Positions 46,951 through 60,480 of a DNA stretch of 64,000 nt are shown piece by piece. The notes beneath the pieces were generated by a model. It ran no database searches. It saw only the letters and a program-made list of their open reading frames with translations, and was not told where the DNA came from. The stretch covers positions 64,772-128,771 of the forward strand of contig PDIP01000145.1 of NCBI GenBank assembly GCA_002811645.1, given 5' to 3'. Numbering within the stretch: position 1 is the first letter of the stretch; each line of letters opens with the position of its first letter. The stretch comes from Corallochytrium limacisporum Hawaii (taxonomy: Eukaryota; Protista; Pluriformea). The position numbers were made by a program, and so were the translations under genes.

Positions 46951-49900
46951 TGTTAAAGTTACAGGTTCATTATATTCTACTACAAGCAGATTTTCAATCG
47001 ATGCTTTTGGTTCTTTAACAGAGCTTGTGTGTTCGTGATCAAGAGAGTCTGACGTGTGTTCAGACGTATCTTTTATACCTGGATGCCTCTCCTTAGGTGC
47101 GATGAAGAGTCCCGTTCTGGAGTCCTTTAGACAGCTTATCATCTGATACACTACCGGCACAATTATCAAAAGAGAACTTGAAAGCTAATGAAGAATGACA
47201 CGAGGAGTGAGTGGAATTTGTGCAAATTTGTCTCCCTAATGGGACAAGACGAAGAGGACCGAGCGGACACCCGGAATCCCCGCATACGAAGCGAATATGC
47301 AATTTCCATGGTACTGCGTCCGAATCATTGCTCGAGGAGGAGAAAGAATTATGAGGTCAGGCGATGGACAGCAGTCCATGAATTTCTCTGTCCTGGTACA
47401 TTTTATATCGATATATTGTGCTCACTTTGGTATCAATTGCCCCAACTGACCTCGACCGTTCGAAGTTTTCCGAAGGCCCCTTCCCTTCTCCCACCGCTCG
47501 GGCACACCTTTCCCTCTCTCCTCTTCCCCCCACCCTCCCGGGGGCGGCAGAATTTCTCTATGTTTGCCGGGTTCCGCCGTACAATAATACCCAATTCATC
47601 AGTAGGTTCAATAGGTTCACTGCCCCCTCCCACAATCTGCGAGGGACACACCGTTCTTTTGTTCGTCGTTGGACACTGTATTTATGGATTTTCCCATTTA
47701 TCTGAACACACACACACACACAAAGACAGACACAGAGGAGTGTGCATGGTGTGGATCATCTCACTTTTCGTCTTCCATATCTTCTGTGTTTCTGCTTCCT
47801 GCATGCAGACTTTGCTCTGCAACCCGATGAAAGCGGACGCCTTTCCTCAATGTCCTCTTCACTGATCCTTTGTCCGGCAGGGTATTGCCATTTCATCACA
47901 CTGTCGTACACTGGCTGTTCTTGTCCCCCCCGTTTTCCCACCCCACTCATTGGTTTCTACTCTACTTCGTTGTCGTTTGGGCTTCTTTCCGAGGAGCAAC
48001 TTACGTGTGCGTCTATATCCCGTGTGCTCCATATGCATGCGTTCATGATGGGCTTCCAAGGGAGCACGCGTAGCCCCCCCCCCCAACGTGCAGTTCTTTT
48101 GGTACCGACCGATGGCTACATAAGGGTGTTCGCGGTATCCAGACGGCCAGGACTGCCCAAAAGGTGTAGATGGATATACGCTCGTTTCGCATTATCGGCC
48201 CTTCGTCAATCTTTTTTTCTTCCTCGTGCCTTTTGCATCGGAACCTGCAAATTCCTCCATCCTCACACTCCCCCCGCCCCAGGGGGGGGTGTGGAAGGAG
48301 TAGGAAAGAGAAGCAAACGGGGACCCGGAAGACTGCTATTTGTAGCCGCGCACACCACTTTCTTTCCTTTCCCGGCGAACAATGGTGGAACGCGGATTTC
48401 GCCAGCAAACACAGGTCAGTTTGAATACTGAATGTACCGACCTGAACTCGGAATGAAATCACTTTACCGGTAAAGTTGCTGGGGGAATGAAAAAGGAATG
48501 GAAAAAAGGGGTTGGGGGGGGGGTTAATGGACCAAAAATTTTGGGTTCCCTCGATCCGAAGAACTTGCCTGCTGGCGGGGGCCAGTGCTGCACCAGGGCG
48601 GGCCGCCAGGTATAGAGAGAGAGTGAGAGAGAGAGAGAGAGAGACAACCGGGCCGTGAACCAGATAGGGCTGTGCCCCTCCCCCCCCCCTTTCCCCACGG
48701 GCCAATCTGGTGCAGTCGAGCCATTTTCTTTCCTTTTAAGGAGCAGGTAGAGTGGAATTTGGACACTGGCGAATGGCACTTGTTCGGCTGCGGAGGTTGG
48801 TGTTTGTGCGTGTGTGTGTGTGTTTTGCGGCCCATCAAACGTACGCCCTTTGGTTGTGTGTTTGTTTTGCGTGTGTTTGCGTAGGCAAAGGCACAGACCT
48901 GCGCAAATCGCGGGTAAAGCGTGGCAGCGGTCCTCACCCCTTTGGCGCCTCGGTAAGTGTGACGACACAGCAGAGGACGTCGTTGCAGAACACAGCAGAT
49001 GGCAAAGGCATTTACCATGGTGGTTTGCCACTGCTGACATCTTGATAGGTATTCGTCACGTTAGACTCATTAATCTACCCATTGCGATCGTTTTCTGACT
49101 CGTCTTTGCCTTTGCACATTCATTTCTAAACCGCGTATGGCCTGTCATCGAGCACTGGGGCAGTCCCTGCTTGTGCCACCTGGACCTCATCCTTGATGAT
49201 CCATCAATTTTGAAGGAATCGAAAATTGGAAAGAAAAAAAATTGTTCGACATGACTTTTGCAGAGTGAAAGATAAACGAATGCTTCTTCAAATGTTATGA
49301 GAGTGGGAGGAATGGTCACCCGTGATTGTTACCGCCTGGGATGATGTAACAGAGGGGGAGGGAGGGACAAAGAGCGGAGTGAAAGGATTGGGTAAACACA
49401 GAATTTGGAGGTGAGCACGGCCGGCGTGGGCTGGCCGGCCATGCGTTCTCTCCGAATATAACACTGAGAAACAAGAGAAAAACTTATGGAAAACGCATAC
49501 CAGAAACACCCCCGCCACACACACACATACTGGCACAGACGCGTACATGTGCGTCGTGAACACGGCACCAAACGAAGCAAGAAGCGGTATCAGTACGGGT
49601 GGATAGTCTGTAGTTTGTCAGTGGCAAGCGAGTGAGAAAGACAGCACCTCAGAGTGTAGTGAGGAGTCTGAACCATGATATGTGTGTCCTTGTGCGCGGG
49701 GTGTGTGTGTGTGTGTTCGTGTGCCTTGAGGAAAGGGGTGTGAACGCTGTGTGAGTATGAAAGTCGTTCCGAGCAGTGTGTTGTACGGAAAATTGGTATC
49801 GTTTCCGTTCCTGGAAATGACATAACGCTTGTTTAGAACGGCGGGTCCGTTCCGCAGGCGCCTGCCACCACTCTCTCTCTGTCTCTCTTTTTCCAAAACC

Positions 49901-50420
49901 CCCCCCCACACACACACACACACCCTTTTTCCTCTGGTCCCATTTTCCCCGTTCTTTTCTACCGGGCTTTTTCTCCCCGGGTCGCTGGGAGGTGGTGGGG
50001 GGGACTTGGTTACGCGGCACTGTGGGTTCCTTGACAAGAAATCCAACAAAAAATTGGTATTAGTGTCAATTGGTGAAAATTTTCTTTATTTTTTTTTACT
50101 ACACGGTCAGTAAAAAATGGGTCAAGTACTCTAAATATACAACCCTCGGTTCAATTCTTCGTCTCTGGAACCAGCCCAGAAATTTTCAATGTTCTCCCGC
50201 TCATCCACAATACCACCGGTGGTAAAATGCCTGGAGAGACCTTGAAGAAAAGACCGAAAGGGGAAATGTTAAAGGGGAAGGTGCCGGTGATGCAACAAAC
50301 GAGCGTTGCGCACTGGTTAGTCGTCAGGCGCGAAACGTGTACACTTTCCGGGCTAGATGGACCGGCCATCAAGCCGCCTGGGTGTTCCATATCGTTTGGG
50401 GCTCTTGTCACTCTCAGCAT

Positions 50421-53158
50421 CTAGACAGAGGCAGAGTCAGAGACAGGATCGTCGCCACGACGAGAGCGTTTGTAGAACAGAACCCCGAAGGTGAGAAGGG
50501 TGACAACTGCCACACCGCCAACAATGCTGCCTGTGAGAATCGCTACCTCCGATCCGCTTCCGCCACTAGACGGGTCTGTTGTGCCTGAACCCTGAGCTGA
50601 AGGGGAGGTGGTAGTCTTCGAGCTGGCGTGGGTTGTCATACTCGTGGTGGTATGCGAACCGGTGCCGGTTGAGGTGGCTGTACCGGTACTGGTGTTCGAG
50701 CTTGGGTCGGAAGTCGGGACGGAGGTGTTGGTGGAGATGGTGGTGTTGGTGGTCATGGAACTGGCTGTGGTAGTGACTGTAGTGGGTATTGCCGGGTTTG
50801 TGCACACGGGTTCAGCTTCACAGTTGCCTACTCCACACTCTACACAGACCTGGCCGCTAGTACCACTGCATTGGCAACCACCAGTAACGCACTGTGCGCA
50901 GCTGTAGTCGTCCTTTGAATTAAAGCACAAACCGCCGGTGTACCAAGACGTCCATTGGTTTAGCTTGCACTTGGTTTCGCTACCGGAAGTTGTCTTCTTG
51001 CCCCACTCGAATGTCTTGCCAGGCTCAGCCTGGATGACAACGATGCCGTCCTTGTTGGTCAGGACAGCATTAGAAGCTTCATCGGAATCAGCAGTCGGCA
51101 GAGTNNNNNNNNNNNNNNNNNNNNNNNNNNNNNNNNNNNNNNNNNNNNNNNNNNNNNNNNNNNNNNNNNNNNNNNNNNNNNNNNNNNNNNNNNNNNNNNN
51201 NNNNNNNNNNNNNNNNNNNNNNNNNNNNNNNNNNNNNNNNNNNNNNNNNNNNNNNNNNNNNNNNNNNNNNNNNNNNNNNNNNNNNNNNNNNNNNNNNNNN
51301 NNNNNNNNNNNNNNNNNNNNNNNNNNNNNNNNNNNNNNNNNNNNNNNNNNNNNNNNNNNNNNNNNNNNNNNNNNNNNNNNNNNNNNNNNNNNNNNNNNNN
51401 NNNNNNNNNNNNNNNNNNNNNNNNNNNNNNNNNNNNNNNNNNNNNNNNNNNNNNNNNNNNNNNNNNNNNNNNNNNNNNNNNNNNNNNNNNNNNNNNNNNN
51501 NNNNNNNNNNNNNNNNNNNNNNNNNNNNNNNNNNNNNNNNNNNNNNNNNNNNNNNNNNNNNNNNNNNNNNNNNNNNNNNNNNNNNNNNNNNNNNNNNNNN
51601 NNNNNNNNNNNNNNNNNNNNNNNNNNNNNNNNNNNNNNNNNNNNNNNNNNNNNNNNNNNNNNNNNNNNNNNNNNNNNNNNNNNNNNNNNNNNNNNNNNNN
51701 NNNNNNNNNNNNNNNNNNNNNNNNNNNNNNNNNNNNNNNNNNNNNNNNNNNNNNNNNNNNNNNNNNNNNNNNNNNNNNNNNNNNNNNNNNNNNNNNNTAG
51801 CCGTTGTACTCTACTGTGGTGATGTAGGGCAGGAAGTTTGCGGCGGTTTCGAAGGTGTAGTTGTGCGGACCATAGTCATTGTTGGACAGGCTGTTTGTCA
51901 TGCCTAGTTCATCCATGGCTTTCCAGACGGCACCGTTTTGCATACCGGAGTATGTACCGGAGATGAAACCCTTACTGGACCAGGTTTCAGACTCAGAAAA
52001 GCCCAGGAGATGCGTGGCCATGTCAATGCTGTAGCCAAGCTCAATTTTTGCATCGGCGACACTCAACTCAGCCATGTTTGGATGAGTGAAGGTATGGCTG
52101 TGCCACAGGAAACCATCGCGCCATTCCTCAGTGAGGGCCCCCTGTGCCAGGTCAAACGAGTCGAACCACGAGCCGTAGAAGGTCTCATTCATATACCATT
52201 TGTCTGGCCATGGGTTGGTATACTTATTCTTGTTATCACTGGGCATAGAGTAAGCGTCCACATCCATAGCGTACATGTCAAAGTAAGGACCAAACTCATA
52301 GTTGTTGGTCAGACCGTTGTACTTGGTGGCGATGCCGTTGATGCCGAGGGCGAATTTGATAGAGTCGCCGGTCTTATTGTTGTACTCGTCCTGCAGAGTC
52401 AGATGATAGCTAACGTTGTCTCTGGGCACGAGGTGATCAGAACTGAGGAAAAAGTCGTCCACCTGCGGGCTGATGGCAACCTTGCGCGCACCCATGAAGA
52501 CATTTTCCGTGACATATTGCAGGGCAATGTGCTGCAGGGTGATGCCACCAAGGGAGGTGTTTTCGCAAAGGGCGGTCACGTACATAATATTGTTCGTGGT
52601 GTCTGCGAATGCAATGGTTGCGTTAGCGTCGCTTGCGAGGGTGGCAAAGGGAACCATATTAGGCACGCCATTGGGGATGTAGTCAAAGAATAGCTCCGTG
52701 AAGTTCAGTGAGGTGCCACGGACGACAACGCCTTCAAGGATTTCGGTATCGTTGGTCTTTGGTACAGTAACCAGGTTTGGTTCAGACGTGACACCCTTCT
52801 TTTCAGAATCGTAGGGACCACCCCAGTTCATGGCTACCCATCGGGCACTATAGTTGTTCAGGTAAGTCATGATGATGCCAACATCATCATCAGAAACTGC
52901 GCCGTTGGTGATGACGCAATTGTACTTGCCGTCCTCTTGAACGTCAATAAGGGCGTCGTAGCTGACCTCGTCATAGAAGTCCATTCTCATACCGGTACCC
53001 TTGAAGAGAGCGAGACCTTCTACGTCTATGTTGTTGAAGACAGCACAACCAAGACCAGTCGGAAAGTAGAATTTAGTCGATGAATCAGCCAGGGCCACTG
53101 CAGATCCAAAGATCAGCACGGCCAAGAGGGCGGAGCTCAAATACTTGTGACCTTGCAT
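50421..53158 (-). CDS. Agd3-like (CE18) de-N-acetylase, paralog 2 (tandem duplicate; CDS interrupted by the N-gap at 51105-51797); type I membrane protein
   Basis: ORFs 51059-53251 and 50421-50930 are the two parts of a copy of paralog 1, with the same signal peptide, QVDDFFL, WHSHTFTH, 10-Cys module, S/T stalk and TM. The frame break is explained by the estimated gap length. Confidence 0.8.
51105..51797. other. Assembly gap (693 N) inside paralog 2; other gaps at 11917-12120, 17209-17237, 30225-30431, 34306-34415, 43520-43641 and 56571-56839
   Basis: Runs of N. Confidence 0.99.
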
Positions 53159-55798
53159 TGTTAAAGTTAAAGGTTCATTATATTCTACTACAAGCAGATT
53201 TTTCAATCGATGCTTTTGGTTCTTTAACAGAGCTTGTGTGTTCGCGATCAAGAGAGTCTGACGTGTGTTCAGACGTATCTTTTATACCTGGATGCCTCTC
53301 CTTAGGTGCGATGAAGAGTCCCGTTCTGGAGTCCTTTAGATAGCTTACCATGTGATCGGTTGTCGGCACAAACAAAGAAAACTTCAAAACCAGTGTAGAA
53401 TGACACGAAGAGTAAAAGTAGTTTGGGTTAATCTGTTTCCCAAAAGAGTCAAGAAGAAGATGACCAATCGGACACGGAAACCGAGCCTGCGAAGGGAATA
53501 TACTATTTCCATGCTACGGCGTTCAAATCATCGCTCGAGCGAGAATGCAGTTTTAGGAGACCCCATGGTCAGCAGTTCACGACTTTCCCTTTCCTGGTAT
53601 ATTTTATATGGATATATTGTGCTCATTTTGGTATCAATTCCCCCAACCCCCCCCACCCGTTCGAATTTCCGAATGCCCTGTGGTCGGCCACCCTTCCCCC
53701 TCCGCAACCCACCCGCCTTTCCCCCTTCCCCCCCCCTCCCCGGAGGGGGGAACTCTCCCCGTACAATTTGCCCCCAATCTTCGCCGGGACACCCGGGGCC
53801 TCCCCGCCGTACATAACAACTGATCGGTGGGTGCTTCACTGCCTCTCTCCCGTCTTTTCGTCCTCTGAACACCTCGTTCATAGCAGAGCGGCGGACCCGG
53901 ATTTACGTTTTTCCTCGTTTTCTGAGCACACAGACACCGACAGCGAGACGAGAGTGTGCACGGTGTCATCCTCTCAGTTTTCGTTCCCCTCGGCTGTGGT
54001 TGTTTCTACTTTCTGCATTCAGACTTTTGCTCTGCAGACCCGATGAAAGTAGTCACCTTTCCACAACGCTCTCTTTCCTCTATCCTTTGCCCACCTGGGG
54101 TCTAACATTTCATCACACTGTCGTGCACGGGCTATTCTTGTGCCCTGGCTTTCCCACCGCCCTGTGTACTTCCACTCTTCGACGCTGTCGTTTTCTCCGA
54201 TTTGTGCCGTTCCGAGGAGAAACTTACGTGTGCGTTCGTGTCCCGTGTGCACTCGTTGACGATGTGCTCTCAAGGCACCACGTTTAGCTCCCAATTGCGC
54301 TTCTTATGGTACCGACAGACAACTACACAAGGGTGTGCCCCTGTATCCAGACGGCCAGGACTGCCGAAAGGTTTGTATATATGCTGGTGTTCGCACTATG
54401 GGGTTGGCCGTTAAAATTTTTTCTTCTTGCCTTGCTTCATAATTTGCAAATTCGAAATCCTCCCCCGGGGGGGGGGGGAAGGGGGGACGAGGAAAGGCTG
54501 GTATTGGGAGCCGCACACACCACTTTCTTTCCTTTCCTGGCCAACAATGGTGTAAGCGGATGTTGCCGACAAACACAAGTCCATTTGTATACTCAATACA
54601 CTGAACTGAATTCGATATGAATTCACCTCTCTATAAAGTTGCTGGGGAAATGGGTAGAAGCCAAAATTTGGGTTTCCTTCGCGATCGTCCAAAAACTTTG
54701 CCCTCTGGCGAGACAAGGGCACCAGGGCCGCGCCAGGTAGAAGGGCCGACCCGATTGGTGGCACACTAATCTGGTGCAGTCAACTCTTTTCTTTCCTTTT
54801 ATGGAGCAGGTAGAGTGGAATTGGGTTAATGGCAAATGACACCGTTCGGCTGCCGGGGGGTGGTGTTTGTGGGTGTATATGTGTGTGCGCCCCCCTTCAA
54901 CAGTGCGCCCATAGTGGTAGTTTTGCATGTTTCGGTTGGCATTGGTGTGTGTCAACCAGCGCGCATCGCCAGCGGTTCCCCGTCCCCTTTCCGCCTTTGG
55001 CGCACAAAGACAAGTTTGACGATTATCAGCTGAGGACGGCACAAAAGACCGCAGGTGGTAGCAAAGGAATCTCTGCTTCTGTGCGCCTTTACCATGATCA
55101 CTTTACCATTACTGACATCTTGGGTGGTACATTCGTCACGGTAATTAATCTACCCATAGGGATCGCTTTCTGAAGGTTTTCTTTGCCTTTGGTCTTTGCG
55201 CGTTCATTCATAAATACATATGGCCTGTCATCGGGCACTGGGGCAGTCCCTGCGGGTGCCACCTGGTTCTTCATATTTGATGACCTGTCAATTTTGGGGA
55301 GTCAAGAATAAGAAAAAAAAATATTCGAAACGGCCTTTTGCATAAGGAAAGATTTTTGCGAGTGTGGTAAGAGTGTTAGATATGACCGCCTGTGGATATT
55401 TATACCGCCTGGGATGATGTAACGAACGGCGGGGACGCAAGAGTGGAATGAAAAAGACTGGGTAACGGGGAATTTGGACGTGAGCACGGCCAGCGTGGCC
55501 TCGCCGGCCGTGCGCTACTCTACGAATACAACAACACTCATAAACAAGAGAGACAAACCTATGGAAAACGCATACCACACCCACACCTCGTACACCCGCA
55601 CAGACGCGTACATACGCGTCGTGAACCACGTCCCCAAACAACGCAAAGGAAGAGCAGTTTCTGTACGGCTCGATAGACAGTAGTCTGTCAGTGGCCAGGG
55701 AGTGGACAGTCAGCACCGCAAACCTCCGCGAGGAGTTTGTGGGTGAGGAGTGTGGATGTTTGTGTTTGTTGTGTGTTTACCTAGGAGAAGGAAGGACG

Positions 55799-55800
<2 letters not shown>

Positions 55801-55846
<46 letters not shown>
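55801..55846. repeat. (GT)n microsatellite
   Basis: Pure GT run of about 23 units. Confidence 0.9.
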
Positions 55847-55850
<4 letters not shown>

Positions 55851-58800
55851 ACGCATGCAATTGTGAGTTTTTTTTGTGCTGTGTGTATGTAAATTGGTAT
55901 CGATCCCTTCCTGGAAATCAAATAAAAGTTTTTTGGAATGGTAATTGAGGATGTGACCACACTTGGCCGCTTACCTCATCAATTGCCTATTTGGACGCTG
56001 TGAAGTCTATGATGGGATGTCTTTCGAAGTGAATTGCATGTCCTTAGCCATGGCTAAAAACCCAAATCCAGTGATGATGTTAGAAGAGATGGAAAGCGGA
56101 ACCAATGATCCCCGCAGAGTGGTTCACGGAGTGGTAGTAGTGTTTCCCGGAGTTCTCAAGAGCAATCCAACTTTGATGATGAATGCGGTGTCCGACAGCC
56201 CGGGAAAAACAGGCGCGACAGTGGCCCAATGGGCCAAAGAGGCAAAAGAATTTACAAAACGGCACAAAGCGCTAAGAATTACACATTTTGCCGTATGTAA
56301 ACATACGCGCACCCCACGGCCACCTTTCAACAGAAATACTGCAGAGGCGTGTGTGTGTGTGCGGGGTGTCCCTTCGGTTTTTTTTTTTTCCACCGCGCAG
56401 GTTTTTTTCTGTCCGTTCTCCCTATTTCTTGTTCATTTCTCCCCTTTTCCTAATTTTTGTTTTGTTAGGCCCCACTTCTCCATTACGGGTGTACTGGAGC
56501 TACTGTGCTGCGGTGGGAGGAGGGGAGAATGGGAGGGGTAGTTAGTAGCGCCTTGCCGTGGTCCACACCCNNNNNNNNNNNNNNNNNNNNNNNNNNNNNN
56601 NNNNNNNNNNNNNNNNNNNNNNNNNNNNNNNNNNNNNNNNNNNNNNNNNNNNNNNNNNNNNNNNNNNNNNNNNNNNNNNNNNNNNNNNNNNNNNNNNNNN
56701 NNNNNNNNNNNNNNNNNNNNNNNNNNNNNNNNNNNNNNNNNNNNNNNNNNNNNNNNNNNNNNNNNNNNNNNNNNNNNNNNNNNNNNNNNNNNNNNNNNNN
56801 NNNNNNNNNNNNNNNNNNNNNNNNNNNNNNNNNNNNNNNCCGTCGGCCTTCCCGCTCCCCTTCCCTCCCCCCCCCCCTTCGCTGGCGCGCTCCGAACCAT
56901 TTTAGGCTAGAGTGTTTACTTTTTTGGGCAGCAGGGAGGGTTCCACTTTGCAGGAAATCCAACAACAAAAAGAGGCGCGCTACACTATCGCACCGACGCT
57001 GGGGACCAGAAGCGGGTGAGGAAGGAGAGGGGGGGGTGTCGGGCACCGGCACCTGCGGAAGACCCGGCCGTCCCCGTCACCCACCCACAGAGCGAGGTGA
57101 AGGAAGGGGAGCCGCGAGGATTTGATTGCCTGATTACCTACTTTTTAACCAGGAAACTGACGGGAAGTGCTGCGCATCAGCGGGCATCCACTCTCCAGGC
57201 AAGGAATAGAACACATATAGTAAATCTTCCTGTTGGCCACAATTGCATCATACGGACCCATCTATTTTCAGAGATACCAAACTCAACTAAGCCACAGATC
57301 TGTTGGCATCCGGCGGATTCCTTCTGCGATCGTGCGAGCGTGCTCAATCGTATATTAAATCGACAGAACCGCGCGAATTCCACTGATAAAATAGGTGCTC
57401 CATCTCAAATATGCCTTGCTTCCAACAGTTGCAATACACGGACCATGCCGATGCTCAGAGTCGAAATGGGCACCTTTGCTATTCTCATCATATGATCCTA
57501 AGCAGTACCCACCCTCGTGTTGATCGCACTATTGATATGATCGTCGTCTATGGTTTGCTACACCTCAACCGATTCTCATTCCATAGCATATTCAAAGTTC
57601 TTGCAATCCACTTTCACTGGCCGAGTCGCACTAAACGGGTATCATTGAGCTCATCATTGCGAACTTTCTTAAGAGCAGCTGTCCCTGGAACAGCCCCCGC
57701 AAGGTTCTATATATATATATATAGATTATGTATGCAAAGTAGGGGTGTGGTGTGTGCGCGCCACATCACGCCTGTGCTCATTTCATCCACGAAAGTCTTC
57801 AGGCGCGGAGCGCTTGCTTTCCAATCGCGCGGATCAAACCCCGAGGCCGTCGCATATTCAAAAATTGCCCTGTTCTGTCATCGTGGATGTGTCTGTAATA
57901 CTATCGTTGAGTGTGTGGCTGTTGATATTTGTGCCTGCTCCCCACCCACCAATGCACCAAATTTTTCGCTCTTGCAGAGCAATTCGCCTTCGAATTGGGA
58001 AGCAGCCAGCACCAAACAGGGAACTCGAAGCAGTGAAAGAGTACCGTCAACGGCATCCAGTTACCCAGAGCCATGGATCACATCACATTCACATAGAGCA
58101 GAGAGGCTACTGAGGCACAGGTAACACATACTTCGCCCACCCAGAGCAAAGGTATCGCATGCGTCCCACCTACCCGCCGCGAACATTTCTATTTCGTCAG
58201 GCGGGTCACGGACGCAGTAAGTAAGGTCACCTCACGATGGTAGTACCGTGGTTCTCCAATACGTGTAACAAGTTCCCCTTGGTGTGCGGGGTCTTTTGTG
58301 TCTGTGTAGCAAAACCCGTACTCTTAGTTGATGTTTGAAAATGTTGTTCTTGTCTAAAAGTAGTTCCATCAAGACGATATCGCATTTTCAACGACTGCGA
58401 AGGACAAATGGCGGCAATGATTTTCTATGGAAACATGGAAATCTGGTGGTGAGCAATTGTCGCCGACACTGCATGTGGAGAGTATAGGTGTGTCTCTGTG
58501 CCCGTGTCAGTATGTTATTGTGTCGTGTTTGAATGATTCCATACCCTGCTCTCGCCTACAGCTTCTCGTATTTTCGGAATTCAGGATTCAAGCGTTGCTG
58601 TGTCCTTTAAAGGGTAGCACTTCAGCGGAACTGGGAGGCCAGCTACTCATATTCTCACAAAATCCACGGCTCGTGAATGTGAAGCATCACCTATCTTGGG
58701 TATCACCGTATTTCATTGACATTTCTTAGTACATTGGCTATGAAACGCTGGGGCGTGCGCTCTCTGTGGAGCCGGGACACAAATTGCAAATTGAGGACTG

Positions 58801-60480
58801 CGTCAGCATCTCCAGTATGTTGACTAAGAGCGCAATTTGCTGTGAGTTAGACCCTTCCTGTAGATGTGTTGATTACCAGGAACTTCCATACGGAACACCA
58901 TGCCATGCATGATTCGAGAAACTTCCGGAGGTGACAACTGTTGGCATACTATGACCGCATAGATGAAGCACGGACCATGACATGGACAACAATACCTTAC
59001 AACTTCCAAGCTCAAGAGTCTAGGTTGATGACGATAAAACGCCTTCTTTTCCTATGGACAGTCATAGTCCCGGGCGCTCCGATGAACCTAATTTCCACAG
59101 GGCACACACGCGCACAGGAGGTTCGAGATCAGCCAAAAGGCTTGGGGCACGACCCTCTAAGGCTTACACGGTACCAGCGGGGACCTAATTACGAGCCCGG
59201 TCGGCCCTCCTCGAGCAGTGGTAGTTGATGGCCAGCAGCTAATGAATGTACTGGAAACACAAGGAGAAGCGATATTATTCTTTTTTTTTGCTGAGCCTGC
59301 AGGAAATACGAGAGGGGAAAGTTTTCTAAAATTGTATCACCCGTCCCGCATACGTAACCAACCCGCCTTCGCTTCGTCACCTTCCTGTCTAGTCACAGTG
59401 GGGAGACATGTGACACCCGTGAGTGCGGTTTACGGTGGTCGCATTCATGTGTATAGCCGTATAGAAACTGAAGTCGCCTTGGATATCCAAGGCAGTGATG
59501 TGGGTTGGTAAAATGCGTCCGCGCTCCTGTGTGGGTGCTTTCGTTGTTGATATGCCTCAATCCTGCCCATGCCCCGTATTGGAGACGAGACGCTCGGTAG
59601 GGCCCGGTGAATTATATAACAGTGGGAACAAGGCTTCGATCGCGATAGTACCCACAGTGGATATATAATCTATGAACATCCTCACGGCAAGGAAGCGGAG
59701 TTTAGAGACAGACACAGACAGACAGACCTAGTGTCATGTAACAACGGAGGAAAGCACCGTGCCAACAACACGCAGTGGCCCGCCCATCGGGCAGACTCCG
59801 AAGAGGCCACCGCGCCTACGGGCAAAGGAAACCTCACCTTTTTTTTGTTGGTTACTTGTTTTCTTCTTCTCCTTTTTTCTAGCGTGGCTATATCGGGCCC
59901 GATGGGTAAGGAATCATAGAAAAAAAAGGAGGGGGTTGGGTAAGAGAGAGAGAGGGAGGGAGGGAGGGGGTGTGTGGGGAACACGGCTTCGAGCGAATTT
60001 GCGATAGGAACGGTGAGTGTTGGGCTGAGAATGGTAAGAGAACGATGAAAAGGAGTATTGTTCAGGGCAGACTTCTCATCACGCTCTGTCCACCTTGTAT
60101 TCCACACCGCACGCTTCTTTTCACTTCGGACTAGTATGTTCGTCACGCACTCCCGCGCAATTTCCATCATCACCCATCATCCTCCTGGCTTTCCTGCTTG
60201 ATGCTGGCCCATGGGAATTCAATGACCACGAACTCTCATCATCATTCGTGTCATCATCATCATCTCAGTAGCAGCCGCACCACTAGGAAATACGAACCTT
60301 AATGATTTACCTGGCTTTCTCATATTTTCTTTTCTCGAATATTTTAATGCAATTCACCTCTTTTCTGTTGGTAGTGGCCAGATGCCCGCCTTTACGAGTG
60401 AATGGCCCGCAGATTAGAGGGATATTCCGGCCAGTGGAACCTTAAGACCAAAATTTTGGTCGCTACCAGCCGCACTCAAA

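Larger units (their letters stand above)
44085..55940. repeat. Tandem segmental duplication, ~5.8-5.9 kb unit (copy 1 ~44085-49840, copy 2 ~50058-55940), covering the deacetylase gene, its 3' flank and ~2.8 kb of upstream DNA
   Basis: Collinear homology seen by eye: ctctggaaccagcc (~44200/~50163), gtatccagacggccaggactgcc (~48135/~54343), aatctggtgcagtc (~48704/~54768), tggcctgtcatcg.gcactggggcagtccctgc (~49138/~55221), aaattggtatcg...ttcctggaaat (~49790/~55891). Confidence 0.92.

Noticed and set aside
46951-47169. 73-aa N-terminal extension of the 904-aa ORF
   Set aside because: It begins at a non-ATG codon, precedes a clear signal peptide and is frameshifted in the duplicate. Treated as 5' leader.
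57795-57860. tRNA-like or B-box-like fragments (also near 15385, 59118 and 63090)
   Set aside because: No cloverleaf can be formed; no tRNA or rRNA is supported in this window.
57411-58124. 237-aa ORF, and similar ORFs at 10239-10775, 19576-20268, 25843-26589 and 55963-56541
   Set aside because: No recognisable motifs or coding bias; several run through microsatellites.
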